From a virus (taxonomy: Duplodnaviria; Caudoviricetes), in IMG/VR virus record IMGVR_UViG_3300020048_000007, positions 167,673-231,672 of that record: a DNA stretch of 64,000 bases. One strand, written 5' to 3'. Below are positions 37,879 through 47,078 of this stretch, in pieces. How positions within the stretch are numbered: the first letter of the stretch is position 1; every line of letters begins with the position of its first letter. The notes beneath the pieces are model-generated. The model ran no database searches. It was given only the letters and a program-made list of their open reading frames with translations, and was not told the DNA's origin. The position numbers and the translations under genes are program-made.

Positions 37879-39744
37879 TTGCATACAAATGGGAATGATA
37901 TGATAAACATAGAATCAGATCCAATTGACTTGGATACTATCCTTAAAGCTTTCAAAGAACTAGCCAGTAATATAAACATTAATGATGACAGACAAAAATT
38001 AGAAGATGATGTGGTAGTATTATGTCAGACTTTCAGAGCAATAAAAGTAACTGGTTATGAAGACGGTGTAAGAGAAGCTTATCAAGAAGTATGCGAAAAA
38101 TTAGCAGACACGATATGTGATAGCCGATTCGATTTTGATAGACATTTCTGCTTTAAAATGCAAGAGTATGGCAATGTCTTCTCGAATCTCGTAGCATCAT
38201 GCGACCTAAAAAACACAGACAAGTATATCGAAAGACTAAGAAATGACGATCAAAAACACAGCATTTACAAAAGACTGTTTCTAACATCGTCTAGAAACAA
38301 GCAGGAGTATATTAAAGAGGTAGCTGACCACTACCATACAGATATACCGCTATACAACAATTGGGCGTCTAATTTATTCCAAATAATATCATGCGGCCTT
38401 CTGAATATGCACGTAAGAGATAATTTAATATTCTTAAGCAATTACATAATTGCAAACGAGTTCAAATGGGCTGCAGCAATCGGCGACGTGTATAACCATT
38501 CAGCATACACAGATAACCCATTAGAAAGACGATTAAAGGAACATATAAACGACCAATGCAAAGAACTTTTTCACCCAGACTTTGTACCCATAAACAATAA
38601 GACTAAAAGAATAGGCATTTTTACAGAAAATTTCTTCCAAGGTCACAGCACTCACAGGACAGTGGCGAAATATATTCATGCTTTGGCTGATAGATATGAA
38701 TTAATATTGCTGCACGGTGAACGATACAGGGTATTACCGCTGAACGTTAAATCCGATGAGAGAATATTCAAGGAAATTCACCAGATAAGCATTTTTGGGA
38801 CTTACGATCCATTTGAAATGTCCATAGTGGGGCCACAGAATCTAAAGCTGGACATATTGATATACCCAGACTGTGCATGCGACGCATTATCACTAATAAT
38901 GGCAAATATGCGGCTTGCACCAGCGCAGATGGCTATGACAGGAATGCCCACCAGCACATTTAATAGCGAAATAGATTACTTTATATCAGGCAGAGACGTA
39001 GAATGTCTTGAAAAAATCGATGACAATTATAACGAAAGAGTCGTTTGCTTGCCGGGTTTAGGGGCGATCCATACGAGACACACACCTATAAAAGAATTCA
39101 TAAAGCCAGAACCCAAAGACGACATTCTAATTGGCGGCTCATGGGTATGCCCCAAAACGCACCACTTTATGGCTTCCGCATTAGGTGAAGCGCTTAACAG
39201 AGTGAATAAAAAATGCACCTTGAGAGTGTTCGCAGGGCTAGCTTGGTTTACAGCCAACAGAGTATACGTCCCATATATCGATGAACTTGGAAAATATTTC
39301 AACGACAACATCACTCTTAGTATTATTGAAGGTGCAGAAGGGCACAAATATAACGACTTAATGGCAGAAGTAGATCTAGCTGTTGACAGTTACCCTTGGG
39401 GAGGTTCTAACACGGTCAGCGACTGTATCCAATTGAATAAACCAGTTGTGGTTTGGCAAGGCGACAAATGGTATAATAGAATCGGTCCAGCTATGTTAAG
39501 ACGCATAGGTCTAGAGAGTCTAATAGCTAAAAACAGAACAGAATATATTGATAAGACTATCAGATTGGTGGAAGATGATGCTTGGAGAATCGGGCTAAGC
39601 GAGCTGATTAGCGAGCATAACAAATCGGGACTTGTGGACTCCGAGATCTACAATAGTCAGAAAGGTGTAGAGGCATTTTCTACATTTATAGATAACGTGA
39701 TAAATGGTAACATACAACCAGGAAAAGAGCCACTTTTATTGTGA
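37879..39744 (+). CDS. GT41 (HMW1C/OGT-SPINDLY-like) protein glycosyltransferase
   Basis: HSTHR, LDILIYPD, MRLAPAQMAMTGMPTST, IDYFISG, ERVVCLPG, DLAVDSYPWGGSNT and RIG..ML..IGL..LIA....EYI. The start is probably ATG 37900. Confidence 0.85.
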   Translation: MHTNGNDMINIESDPIDLDTILKAFKELASNININDDRQKLEDDVVVLCQTFRAIKVTGYEDGVREAYQEVCEKLADTICDSRFDFDRHFCFKMQEYGNVFSNLVASCDLKNTDKYIERLRNDDQKHSIYKRLFLTSSRNKQEYIKEVADHYHTDIPLYNNWASNLFQIISCGLLNMHVRDNLIFLSNYIIANEFKWAAAIGDVYNHSAYTDNPLERRLKEHINDQCKELFHPDFVPINNKTKRIGIFTENFFQGHSTHRTVAKYIHALADRYELILLHGERYRVLPLNVKSDERIFKEIHQISIFGTYDPFEMSIVGPQNLKLDILIYPDCACDALSLIMANMRLAPAQMAMTGMPTSTFNSEIDYFISGRDVECLEKIDDNYNERVVCLPGLGAIHTRHTPIKEFIKPEPKDDILIGGSWVCPKTHHFMASALGEALNRVNKKCTLRVFAGLAWFTANRVYVPYIDELGKYFNDNITLSIIEGAEGHKYNDLMAEVDLAVDSYPWGGSNTVSDCIQLNKPVVVWQGDKWYNRIGPAMLRRIGLESLIAKNRTEYIDKTIRLVEDDAWRIGLSELISEHNKSGLVDSEIYNSQKGVEAFSTFIDNVINGNIQPGKEPLLL

Positions 39745-40622
39745 AAATACTTTTCATCGCAGATCCAATAGAAAGCATAAAGAAATATAGTTTCATAAAT
39801 GACTATATGAGAGATCTGCTATACCACGGATTATTAGAAACTGAAGATGTGCAACTAGAATGCACAAAACCAATTATACCAGCTCACAAACAATATAAAA
39901 GCCAAGTAAACCCAGATTTATTATGGGGAAAAGGATTTACAGCCTCATTTCTTATAGACGATGCACCAAAAATAGCAAAAGACGTTGAAAATAAAATCAA
40001 AGACAAATATTATGATCTCATACTCTATGCTGATTCAAGAACATGTCTAGACTACTATAGATTATGTAATGATGTTTATGATAGTGATCGTATTTTTATG
40101 GTTGATGGTCGTGATGATAACGAAGTGGCTAGTATCGCTGACAAGCATTTATATTTCAAAAGGGAGCTGGTTGACGACAGCCGATGTGAACCTATTTCAT
40201 TTGCGATTCCCGAGTCTAAAATCTTTTCTGATGATATAATGAAAGCGATGCATATTGCTACGATTATACCAGGAGACATGTCAACATACATCTTCGATAC
40301 TGAGAGCAGTTACTATAATGACTATCAAATGTCTATGTTTGGATTGACCCGCAAGAAGATGGGCTGGGACTGTATGAGACATTATGAGATTATAGCTAAT
40401 AGGTGTGTGCCTGTTTTTGCGGATATAGCTGAGTGCCCTAAAAAGACATTAGTTAACTTTCCTAAAGAGCTGTGTCTTGAAGCTTTTGATTTATATCATA
40501 ACTTTAAGAATAATGATACTTGTCATGAGAGATATATTAATATAGAGCTCCAGTTCATTAATCATATGATTAAACATCAAACCACAAAGGCTTTGGCATC
40601 TTACGTGTTATCGTTTTCGTAA
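39741..40622 (+). CDS. putative glycosyltransferase
   Basis: YFKRELV...PISFAIP...KKMGWDCMRHYEIIA...PVF, a GT-B-like motif seen in large DNA viruses; GTG start overlapping the GT41 stop. Confidence 0.6.
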   Translation: MKILFIADPIESIKKYSFINDYMRDLLYHGLLETEDVQLECTKPIIPAHKQYKSQVNPDLLWGKGFTASFLIDDAPKIAKDVENKIKDKYYDLILYADSRTCLDYYRLCNDVYDSDRIFMVDGRDDNEVASIADKHLYFKRELVDDSRCEPISFAIPESKIFSDDIMKAMHIATIIPGDMSTYIFDTESSYYNDYQMSMFGLTRKKMGWDCMRHYEIIANRCVPVFADIAECPKKTLVNFPKELCLEAFDLYHNFKNNDTCHERYINIELQFINHMIKHQTTKALASYVLSFS

Positions 40623-41368
40623 AATATGGCGTTTTGAGACGTATAGTTTATATCGCTGGCTATGTCGACTAATATTTTTGGTCTTACTATGTCGGGTTCT
40701 ATATTAATGTCTTTTAAATATGTTCGGAATATTGTTTCAGGGTGGTATATCCCGCACATTCTGGTGTGGTATCCGAATGTTGGGAAAAGATTGCTGTATT
40801 TGTCCATAAGTTCAGATGGTCCAAATGCAAACTGGTCGTTAATGCCTCCCATCCAATCTCTATAAATCGGTACGTTTATTTTTTGAAGGTCGTATTGGTC
40901 TAGTGGGTTCATTACCTTAATATCTGAGTCATATCGCATGCGGATTACGACATCGAATTTCATTGCGTTTTCGTTTTCGTAATATGATTTTAAAGCATTT
41001 GCTGCTCTGATTGAGTAGTGCATGCTTATTGGGCCTATGTTTGAGCCTATTGAGTGTAGATTTATGTCTTCTACGCTGGTTATTTCTAAGAAGTGTGGTA
41101 GTAGCTCCATCGTGACTTGATCGTAGTCTTCAATGGCTTGGTATATTGGGTTATAGAGCTGGGCTATTTGGTGTGTGTTGAGTTTAACGTTGGTGAGGTA
41201 TTCGTGTTGCTTGTTTTTTGACCAGCTGTCTTCTATTAGTCTGAGGGGGTTTATGTTGTATGTGTGTAGGAATATTTTTGGATTGTAGTCTGAAAAATAG
41301 TCTTGTATGCTTTTTAGGCTGTTTTGGTAGTATTTTGTTGTGCCTGAGATGCAGATTGCTATTTGCAT
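40601..41368 (-). CDS. putative glycosyltransferase-associated protein (DUF7796-like)
   Basis: IAICISG, FDVVIRMRYD, GINDQFAFG...MDKY and HPET. Confidence 0.6.
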   Translation of the reverse strand: MQIAICISGTTKYYQNSLKSIQDYFSDYNPKIFLHTYNINPLRLIEDSWSKNKQHEYLTNVKLNTHQIAQLYNPIYQAIEDYDQVTMELLPHFLEITSVEDINLHSIGSNIGPISMHYSIRAANALKSYYENENAMKFDVVIRMRYDSDIKVMNPLDQYDLQKINVPIYRDWMGGINDQFAFGPSELMDKYSNLFPTFGYHTRMCGIYHPETIFRTYLKDINIEPDIVRPKILVDIASDINYTSQNAIFYENDNT

Positions 41369-41427
41369 GTTTTGCCCTTTATTATAAGTAAAGAGCCCTT
41401 TTGTGTGGGCTCTTTACTTATAATTAT

Positions 41428-42717
41428 TCAGGGAGTGAGACCGTGTGATAGGCAGACTAGTTTTATTTGGTCTCTAAAGTCATTTACTGATCTTATGGTG
41501 ATTCCAAAGAATTCGGCCATGTGGTTGATTTTTGGGTCACCAGCTCCAAATCTGTCGCTGAATGATTCATATACTTCACCGTTTTGGATCAGTATATCGT
41601 AAACTTGTTGACAAAGTCCCTTTGGCAGGGATTTCCGTATGGTAGACAAAGCATCTTCGGCTTCTATTACTGAAACGTGATCTTCCAAGATCATTTTCTG
41701 GCCCTCAACAAAGCGGTGGCCTATCTGGTCTAGAGTAGAACCACCTTCGTCCTCGGTGACACTTAGTTGATTGTCCAGAACAGTTACGTGTTCTGGGCGA
41801 ATCACTACTGCTTCAAGCTCATCCTGACAAGAAGACTCATCCGTGATTTGGATAGATATCGTATTGTTATCGATACCTAATAATACACCATGTCTTATTG
41901 CTTTTTCTTTGATTTTAGAAAATTCAATAGAGAATTCTGGTGGCGTTTGCATTCCTAAAATATGGAACGCATAGTGACTATCTTCCTTGGCACAATTGTA
42001 ATCAATGTTCATCTGGGAGCATGTACTTGCTAGCTCTTCGGAGATGATGTAGTCTGGGCGACCGCTGATCAATTGTGGTACCTTTTTGTGTTCTTGGCGT
42101 TTGTTTTCTTTTAAGTGTTGTCTGAAGTAATTCCAGGCGAATTCACCAAAGAATTTCTTGAGCTGCTTTGGGTCGTTGACGATTGCTTCTGGGTTCTCAT
42201 ATTTTCTCTCGCCAGGGATTGGCTGTATTGGCGATATGATTTTTGACCCTGAGTACCCTTCTGCTAGAAGCAAGCGGTAATCGTCGTAGTCAATGAATGT
42301 TTCTTCGGTGGTGAGGTTGCCTTTTTCGGCTATTTTGACTTTATTACAGCTAGGGCAACATATGAGTTGCTGGTCTATGCTCTTGGCTTTACCTCTTTTT
42401 GTCAGATATTGTGTCTGCTGGCAGTTCTCGCATTTGAATGTGTAGTCGCGGTGGTAAAAGAGGTTTATTACTCCGCGCCATATTGCTATCTGGTATTCTA
42501 GCTCGGCTGCTGTAGAGTCGTCGGCGTAGTCTCCGCCGATTGTCACCCTGAATTGTTTCATTATCTCTGCTCTATGTCTTACCATTTCTTTATGATTTGA
42601 CACATATGTCACCATGTCATGCACTTTTTGTCGTTCGTCTTCTGAGATTTGCGACATGGTGATGTTTACCAATGAGCCTCTGAGATATAGCTTTGGCATT
42701 TGACGAACAATCGGCAT
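41428..42717 (-). CDS. sigma-70/ECF-like transcription factor with zinc-ribbon insertion
   Basis: Region-2-like ELEYQIAIWRGV...KKFFGEFAWNYFRQHLKENKR interrupted by CENC...CPSC; region-4-like HTH (INHMAEFFGITIRSV) at the C-terminus; GGAGG RBS. Confidence 0.55.
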   Translation of the reverse strand: MPIVRQMPKLYLRGSLVNITMSQISEDERQKVHDMVTYVSNHKEMVRHRAEIMKQFRVTIGGDYADDSTAAELEYQIAIWRGVINLFYHRDYTFKCENCQQTQYLTKRGKAKSIDQQLICCPSCNKVKIAEKGNLTTEETFIDYDDYRLLLAEGYSGSKIISPIQPIPGERKYENPEAIVNDPKQLKKFFGEFAWNYFRQHLKENKRQEHKKVPQLISGRPDYIISEELASTCSQMNIDYNCAKEDSHYAFHILGMQTPPEFSIEFSKIKEKAIRHGVLLGIDNNTISIQITDESSCQDELEAVVIRPEHVTVLDNQLSVTEDEGGSTLDQIGHRFVEGQKMILEDHVSVIEAEDALSTIRKSLPKGLCQQVYDILIQNGEVYESFSDRFGAGDPKINHMAEFFGITIRSVNDFRDQIKLVCLSHGLTP

Positions 42718-42792
42718 TTGTTACCTCCATGGTTGTGTGATTACCACTGCCGTATTTGAGAACAGACAATCCTTTTTGGCAGGAGATCCGCC

Positions 42793-43554
42793 ATGGCTCA
42801 GTATTGCGACACGAAGAAACTCGAAAAGGTCTGGTTTAACTGGCTTCTATCCAAATCAGCACCCACGCTGGAGCCATACAGGAAAGCGGGTGTGTTGTGG
42901 ACTAAAGCCATAGGTCTCGTCGATGTGAAGGGTGAGGTGATTGTCAAAGGTGGTAAGACCTTCAAAAGTCCTACACATCCTATCAGATCGCACTGTATCT
43001 TGTCAAGATATCCGTTCTTTTTTACCACTTTTAATGGTAAGCCACAAGAACTTGCGTCCCAAATACATTATAACGAACATGGTGATTATACGACAACCCC
43101 CATTGCACTTTCAGAGATAGAAATAGTAAAAACCAAGCCGGAAATAAAAGACATAGAACAGATACTACTAAAAGATGGCTACATCCTAGATGCAGAAACA
43201 GGAAAAAGCTGGGAGTCCATGTTAATAGACATCAATAAAATGTGCCTCGGAATAGCATCTAAATTTCATCAAAAAACAGCAGAAGAATTGAATGATTTAG
43301 CTAACGAAGCATTATTGCAAGTAGCTAACAAATTATCTACAGATAGGCTGGTATATACTCCCGGAAGGGCACCAGTATTCAATTTATTAACCACCACTAT
43401 ACATCGATGCATGTTTTCAATTATGAATAAAAGGAAAAATCAAAGAGAAGGGCTTAACAGATTACTGCAAGACGCACAATCTGGGTCATTACCTCAAACT
43501 AACAGAAGCCTGAGACTCCAAACATTCACGACGAGAAAACATGAAAATCGTTAG
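42793..43554 (+). CDS. T4 gp55-like (late) sigma factor
   Basis: QYCDTKKL at the N-terminus and DLANEALLQV...YTPGRAPVFNLLTTTIHRCMFSIMNKRKNQ, paralleling gp55 region 2 (F.YFTQI...AF...I.KEK). No region 4. Confidence 0.6.
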   Translation: MAQYCDTKKLEKVWFNWLLSKSAPTLEPYRKAGVLWTKAIGLVDVKGEVIVKGGKTFKSPTHPIRSHCILSRYPFFFTTFNGKPQELASQIHYNEHGDYTTTPIALSEIEIVKTKPEIKDIEQILLKDGYILDAETGKSWESMLIDINKMCLGIASKFHQKTAEELNDLANEALLQVANKLSTDRLVYTPGRAPVFNLLTTTIHRCMFSIMNKRKNQREGLNRLLQDAQSGSLPQTNRSLRLQTFTTRKHENR

Positions 43555-44482
43555 TAACAAACACATTGTGCCAGCGGTAACAAAAAAACCAATTGACAAT
43601 ATCAAAATAGTAGTTAGTCCCCATAATAAAACTATAAGCACACTAAATGCTTATAATCAATCAGCCCATTTGAAAGTAATCCCAGCACAAATAGCACCGC
43701 AGATAAAAAACAAAGCAGTCATAGATAAAAGCCTAGTAAAAAGAACTCAAAACCCAAATAAACCAAAACCACCAGCATCGGTAACTTACGCTTCCGGCGA
43801 AGCACCAATCGAAAGCATACCCAAAATATACGGTATTAAAGACATAGGTAAAGGTAAGACATTAGTAGTCATAGCAAACGGTCCAAGTATAAACGAAATT
43901 GAATTGGAGAGACTAAAAGATAAGCCAGGCATCGATACCCTATCAATAAACAGACCGGACCCACGGGTCTGGCCAACAACATATTGGTCATTTTACGACC
44001 AATCACAGCTTGTGCGACACGAAGACCTGTATAATTATTATGAAGGCATCACCTTTCTTAGCACAGCCATCAAGAGAGACAAGGCCAGAAGCATAAAGTT
44101 CAAAAATTTTGGCAAAAAACAATTTAGCAGAGACTTAACAAAGGGATTATGTATAGGACGCACTAGCTGTTATGCTGCTATGCAACTTGCTTTATGGATG
44201 GATTACGATAAGATATTCTTCTTTGGGGTTGATATGCACCCAGATGGTATTGACGGTAAGCTCCATTTCTACGGGACAAATCCCGACGTAGACCCTGATA
44301 TTAGGAAAAAACGATTTAACTCAGAAGCAGAATACTTCGAATTTGCCGCAGATAACATGGAATACCAAGAGAGAAAGAGATTTCACTTTTGTTCGTCTTA
44401 CCTGACATGGCCCTTTAAATCGCGTTTCAATTACTTAGATCACAAGACTGCTATAGACGTGATTTTAGGGTCAATGCTATGA
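43541..44482 (+). CDS. DUF115/Maf-like glycosyltransferase-related protein
   Basis: LVVIANGPSI, TLSINR and AMQLALWMDYDKIFFFGVDM after a low-complexity N-terminus. Confidence 0.7.
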   Translation: MKIVSNKHIVPAVTKKPIDNIKIVVSPHNKTISTLNAYNQSAHLKVIPAQIAPQIKNKAVIDKSLVKRTQNPNKPKPPASVTYASGEAPIESIPKIYGIKDIGKGKTLVVIANGPSINEIELERLKDKPGIDTLSINRPDPRVWPTTYWSFYDQSQLVRHEDLYNYYEGITFLSTAIKRDKARSIKFKNFGKKQFSRDLTKGLCIGRTSCYAAMQLALWMDYDKIFFFGVDMHPDGIDGKLHFYGTNPDVDPDIRKKRFNSEAEYFEFAADNMEYQERKRFHFCSSYLTWPFKSRFNYLDHKTAIDVILGSML

Positions 44483-44490
44483 TTTGACTA

Positions 44491-44877
44491 ATGTATTATA
44501 AAACCATGAGATACTACATAGCATCTAGTTTAGACAATGTTGCCAATGTTCGTAACGCCATTATGAGGTTGACCGAAGCTGGGTTTAGTGTCACACATGA
44601 TTGGACAAGACACGGCAGGATCACAGACCCATCACAGTATCAAGCCATTGGCGAAGCGGAATATCAAGGCGTGATTGATGCAGATTTCATCGTGTTCTTT
44701 ATGCCGACTAGGTATGGAAGCCACGTTGAATTCGGTATAGCACTAGCCTCTAACAAACCGATTTATATGATCACGAACGGCGTGGAATTTGAAGAAAAAA
44801 CATTCTATCATCTACCATCCGTACATAGATACAGCGATTTAAATGAACTATTGCGCGAATGGGGAATAGACATATGA
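44491..44877 (+). CDS. nucleoside 2-deoxyribosyltransferase / nucleotide N-hydrolase-like protein
   Basis: YYIAS, DW, GVIDADFIV and GSHVEFG.ALA..KPIY (catalytic Glu motif). Confidence 0.8.
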   Translation: MYYKTMRYYIASSLDNVANVRNAIMRLTEAGFSVTHDWTRHGRITDPSQYQAIGEAEYQGVIDADFIVFFMPTRYGSHVEFGIALASNKPIYMITNGVEFEEKTFYHLPSVHRYSDLNELLREWGIDI

Positions 44878-45578
44878 GTGGAAGCGTATCAACTAAGCTC
44901 GAATTAGACGTAATGCAAGTCAATGAATTGCTTGAAGCAAGCGAGCTAATGTCTCAACATACGCTACCAGCCATGGTTATACATCCTGGCTTGGCCCCAG
45001 ACGCTTACGCAGCACGGATGAGAGTCAGAGGCAGGTACAAAATAATCATCCCTATTGATTGGCCAAAAGGCGAAAATTTTTCAAACTTGAAATTCAGGGG
45101 ACTGAGTAAGCAAGCATTGGAAGCTGATGGGTTCGAGATAATGGTCACGCCAGGTAAGACCCTTCTAGATACAAAAAATGAAATCAATGTTCTGACTGAA
45201 TTCATCAGGAACTTTCTGGGGGAATATGTGGAGGTTCGGTTTGTAATAGGCAATACTATTAAAACCGACGAGGAAATTGAAGTAATATGCAATGCCTTGT
45301 TAGGTATGAGGAACCCCACATTGTTGCGTAGCGATACTATCTTGAAAGTACAGCAAAATGTCATCAGTTCAGAGTCGCATCTAGCTTTTGTTAATAAGCT
45401 ACGCGGCTTTGGTCTTCCCACACCTATAAAGCTATCGGGGAATATGAATAACCTTAAATCTATCGCTTCAGCGCCAGCAGTTTTCAGGTATGCTGTCAAT
45501 GTCACACAAGCCAAGAATATTATTCGAGAGATCTTGCAGCAGCCCAGTGAATTGAAGGAAATCCTGTCCGACGTTTGA
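44859..45578 (+). CDS. DeoC (deoxyribose-phosphate aldolase)-like TIM barrel, catalytic Lys apparently replaced
   Basis: IDWPKG, ADGFEIMV, VRFVI, LLRSDT and IKLSGN align in order with DeoC (GFPLG, GADEIDMV, VKVII, FVKTST, VKASGG); Arg sits at the Schiff-base Lys position. Confidence 0.5.
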   Translation: MGNRHMSGSVSTKLELDVMQVNELLEASELMSQHTLPAMVIHPGLAPDAYAARMRVRGRYKIIIPIDWPKGENFSNLKFRGLSKQALEADGFEIMVTPGKTLLDTKNEINVLTEFIRNFLGEYVEVRFVIGNTIKTDEEIEVICNALLGMRNPTLLRSDTILKVQQNVISSESHLAFVNKLRGFGLPTPIKLSGNMNNLKSIASAPAVFRYAVNVTQAKNIIREILQQPSELKEILSDV

Positions 45579-45588
45579 GAATGACAAT

Positions 45589-45978
45589 ATGATACACGAT
45601 CATCTAATGGAAGCAATCAGGCAAGACGCCGACCTATTGACTAAATCCGATGCGTGGCTCGAAGAAGAGAAGAATTACTTCACAGAGCAGATGCGCAAAT
45701 CCATAGAAGAGCTCAAACCCATCCTCTTAGCTATAGCTATAAAACAGAAATTGCAGCAGCAGAACATGGTGCCTAGGCAGAAGTTCATAAGAGGCAGCAC
45801 AGGCCAGATAGAGAACGTTGTGATTGACTTCTGTAAGCTACCAGAAGCACTGAGAGATATGCTCAATAACGGCAGAGATACCTTAGATCAGTTGATAGCA
45901 GCTGGCAATATTGCCACATGGCAAATAGACGGGTATGACGTTAATACCTGCCTCCAAACGGTACCGAAAGGGATATAA
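45589..45978 (+). CDS. hypothetical protein
   Basis: 129 aa; TAATG stop/start overlap with the PurZ-like gene. Confidence 0.7.
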   Translation: MIHDHLMEAIRQDADLLTKSDAWLEEEKNYFTEQMRKSIEELKPILLAIAIKQKLQQQNMVPRQKFIRGSTGQIENVVIDFCKLPEALRDMLNNGRDTLDQLIAAGNIATWQIDGYDVNTCLQTVPKGI

Positions 45979-47078
45979 TGCAAAACGGCAAGCTCAATAT
46001 AGTCACAGACGGACAACACGGTAGCACAGGCAAGGGTCTAATCAACGCATATCTAGCCGATAAACACCGACCAGAAATACTCAGCACGACCAATATGGCC
46101 AACGCTGGCCACACCGCAGTCAACGAAAACGGCGAACCGTTCATAGCAAAAGCATTACCGTCATCAGCGGTCCTAAACAAATGGCGAGAGGGCTATAAAC
46201 CGACAGTATTCGTAGGAGCTTCATCTGCTTTTGATCTGCAACAGCTACTAAAAGAATGGAAAGAATGCGACAAGCCATTCACATTAATCCACCAGAGAGC
46301 TGGTGTCATTACACAAGAGCAAAAAGAAAGAGAATCCGGAGCATCAGGCACAAAGCACGTTGCTAGCACCATGCAAGGATGTGGAGCATTTCTAGCAGAT
46401 AAAGTCATGCGAAAAGCAGATTTAAAACTCGCTAGAGATTATGAAGAGCTTCAGCAATTCATGGCCATCAAAGAAGCACATACATGGCTAAAGGCACAGC
46501 TCGAAAGCTACGGTACAATTCTCCATGAAGGAAGCCAAGGATTCAGCTTAGATATAAGCCACGGTAGTCACTATCCAGAGTGTACAAGCCGCAGCACCAC
46601 TGCTATTCAAAACCTTGCTGATCTTGGTCTTAACCACAAGCAAGTTGGTGATGTGTACGTGGTTTTCCGGCCATACCCGATCAGAGTCGGCAATGTCTAT
46701 GAAAATGGGGTAGAAGTAGGCAACAGCGGTGGTTGCTACGGCGACAACCAAGAGACTACTTGGGAAGCAATAGCCGATGCTGCAGGTGCACCGCCAGAGA
46801 TTAAAGCCAAGGAGCTTACAACTGTCACAAAGCGACTTCGAAGGGTCTTCACGTTTAGTATGCAGCAAATCACCGAAGCTGCTGCAGCTAACGGTGCATC
46901 ATATCTTGCGCTGAATTTTGCTAACTATATTGACTGGACTTGCTATGGCACCAACGACAAGGCAAAATTGTCAAGCAAGATTTGGGAATTCATTCATTCA
47001 GTACAAGAGCAAACAGGCGTCAAGGTGGGGCTTGTTGGTACGGGTCCTCAGATAAACCACGTAATTGACCTAAGATGA
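45978..47078 (+). CDS. purZ: adenylosuccinate synthetase homologue with PurZ (2-amino-dAMP-succinate synthase) signatures
   Basis: DGQHGSTGKG (Ser at the PurA Asp13 position), NAGHT, ASTMQGCG, EGSQG, YPECTSR, RPYPIRVGN, SGGCY, TTVTKRLRRVFTFS and LNFANY (in place of the PurA TKLD/TMLD GTP-specificity motif). Confidence 0.8.
   Translation: MQNGKLNIVTDGQHGSTGKGLINAYLADKHRPEILSTTNMANAGHTAVNENGEPFIAKALPSSAVLNKWREGYKPTVFVGASSAFDLQQLLKEWKECDKPFTLIHQRAGVITQEQKERESGASGTKHVASTMQGCGAFLADKVMRKADLKLARDYEELQQFMAIKEAHTWLKAQLESYGTILHEGSQGFSLDISHGSHYPECTSRSTTAIQNLADLGLNHKQVGDVYVVFRPYPIRVGNVYENGVEVGNSGGCYGDNQETTWEAIADAAGAPPEIKAKELTTVTKRLRRVFTFSMQQITEAAAANGASYLALNFANYIDWTCYGTNDKAKLSSKIWEFIHSVQEQTGVKVGLVGTGPQINHVIDLR

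Noticed and set aside
44859-45578. Calling this gene an active deoC
   Set aside because: The Schiff-base lysine position appears to be Arg and the similarity is remote, so it is reported only as DeoC-like.
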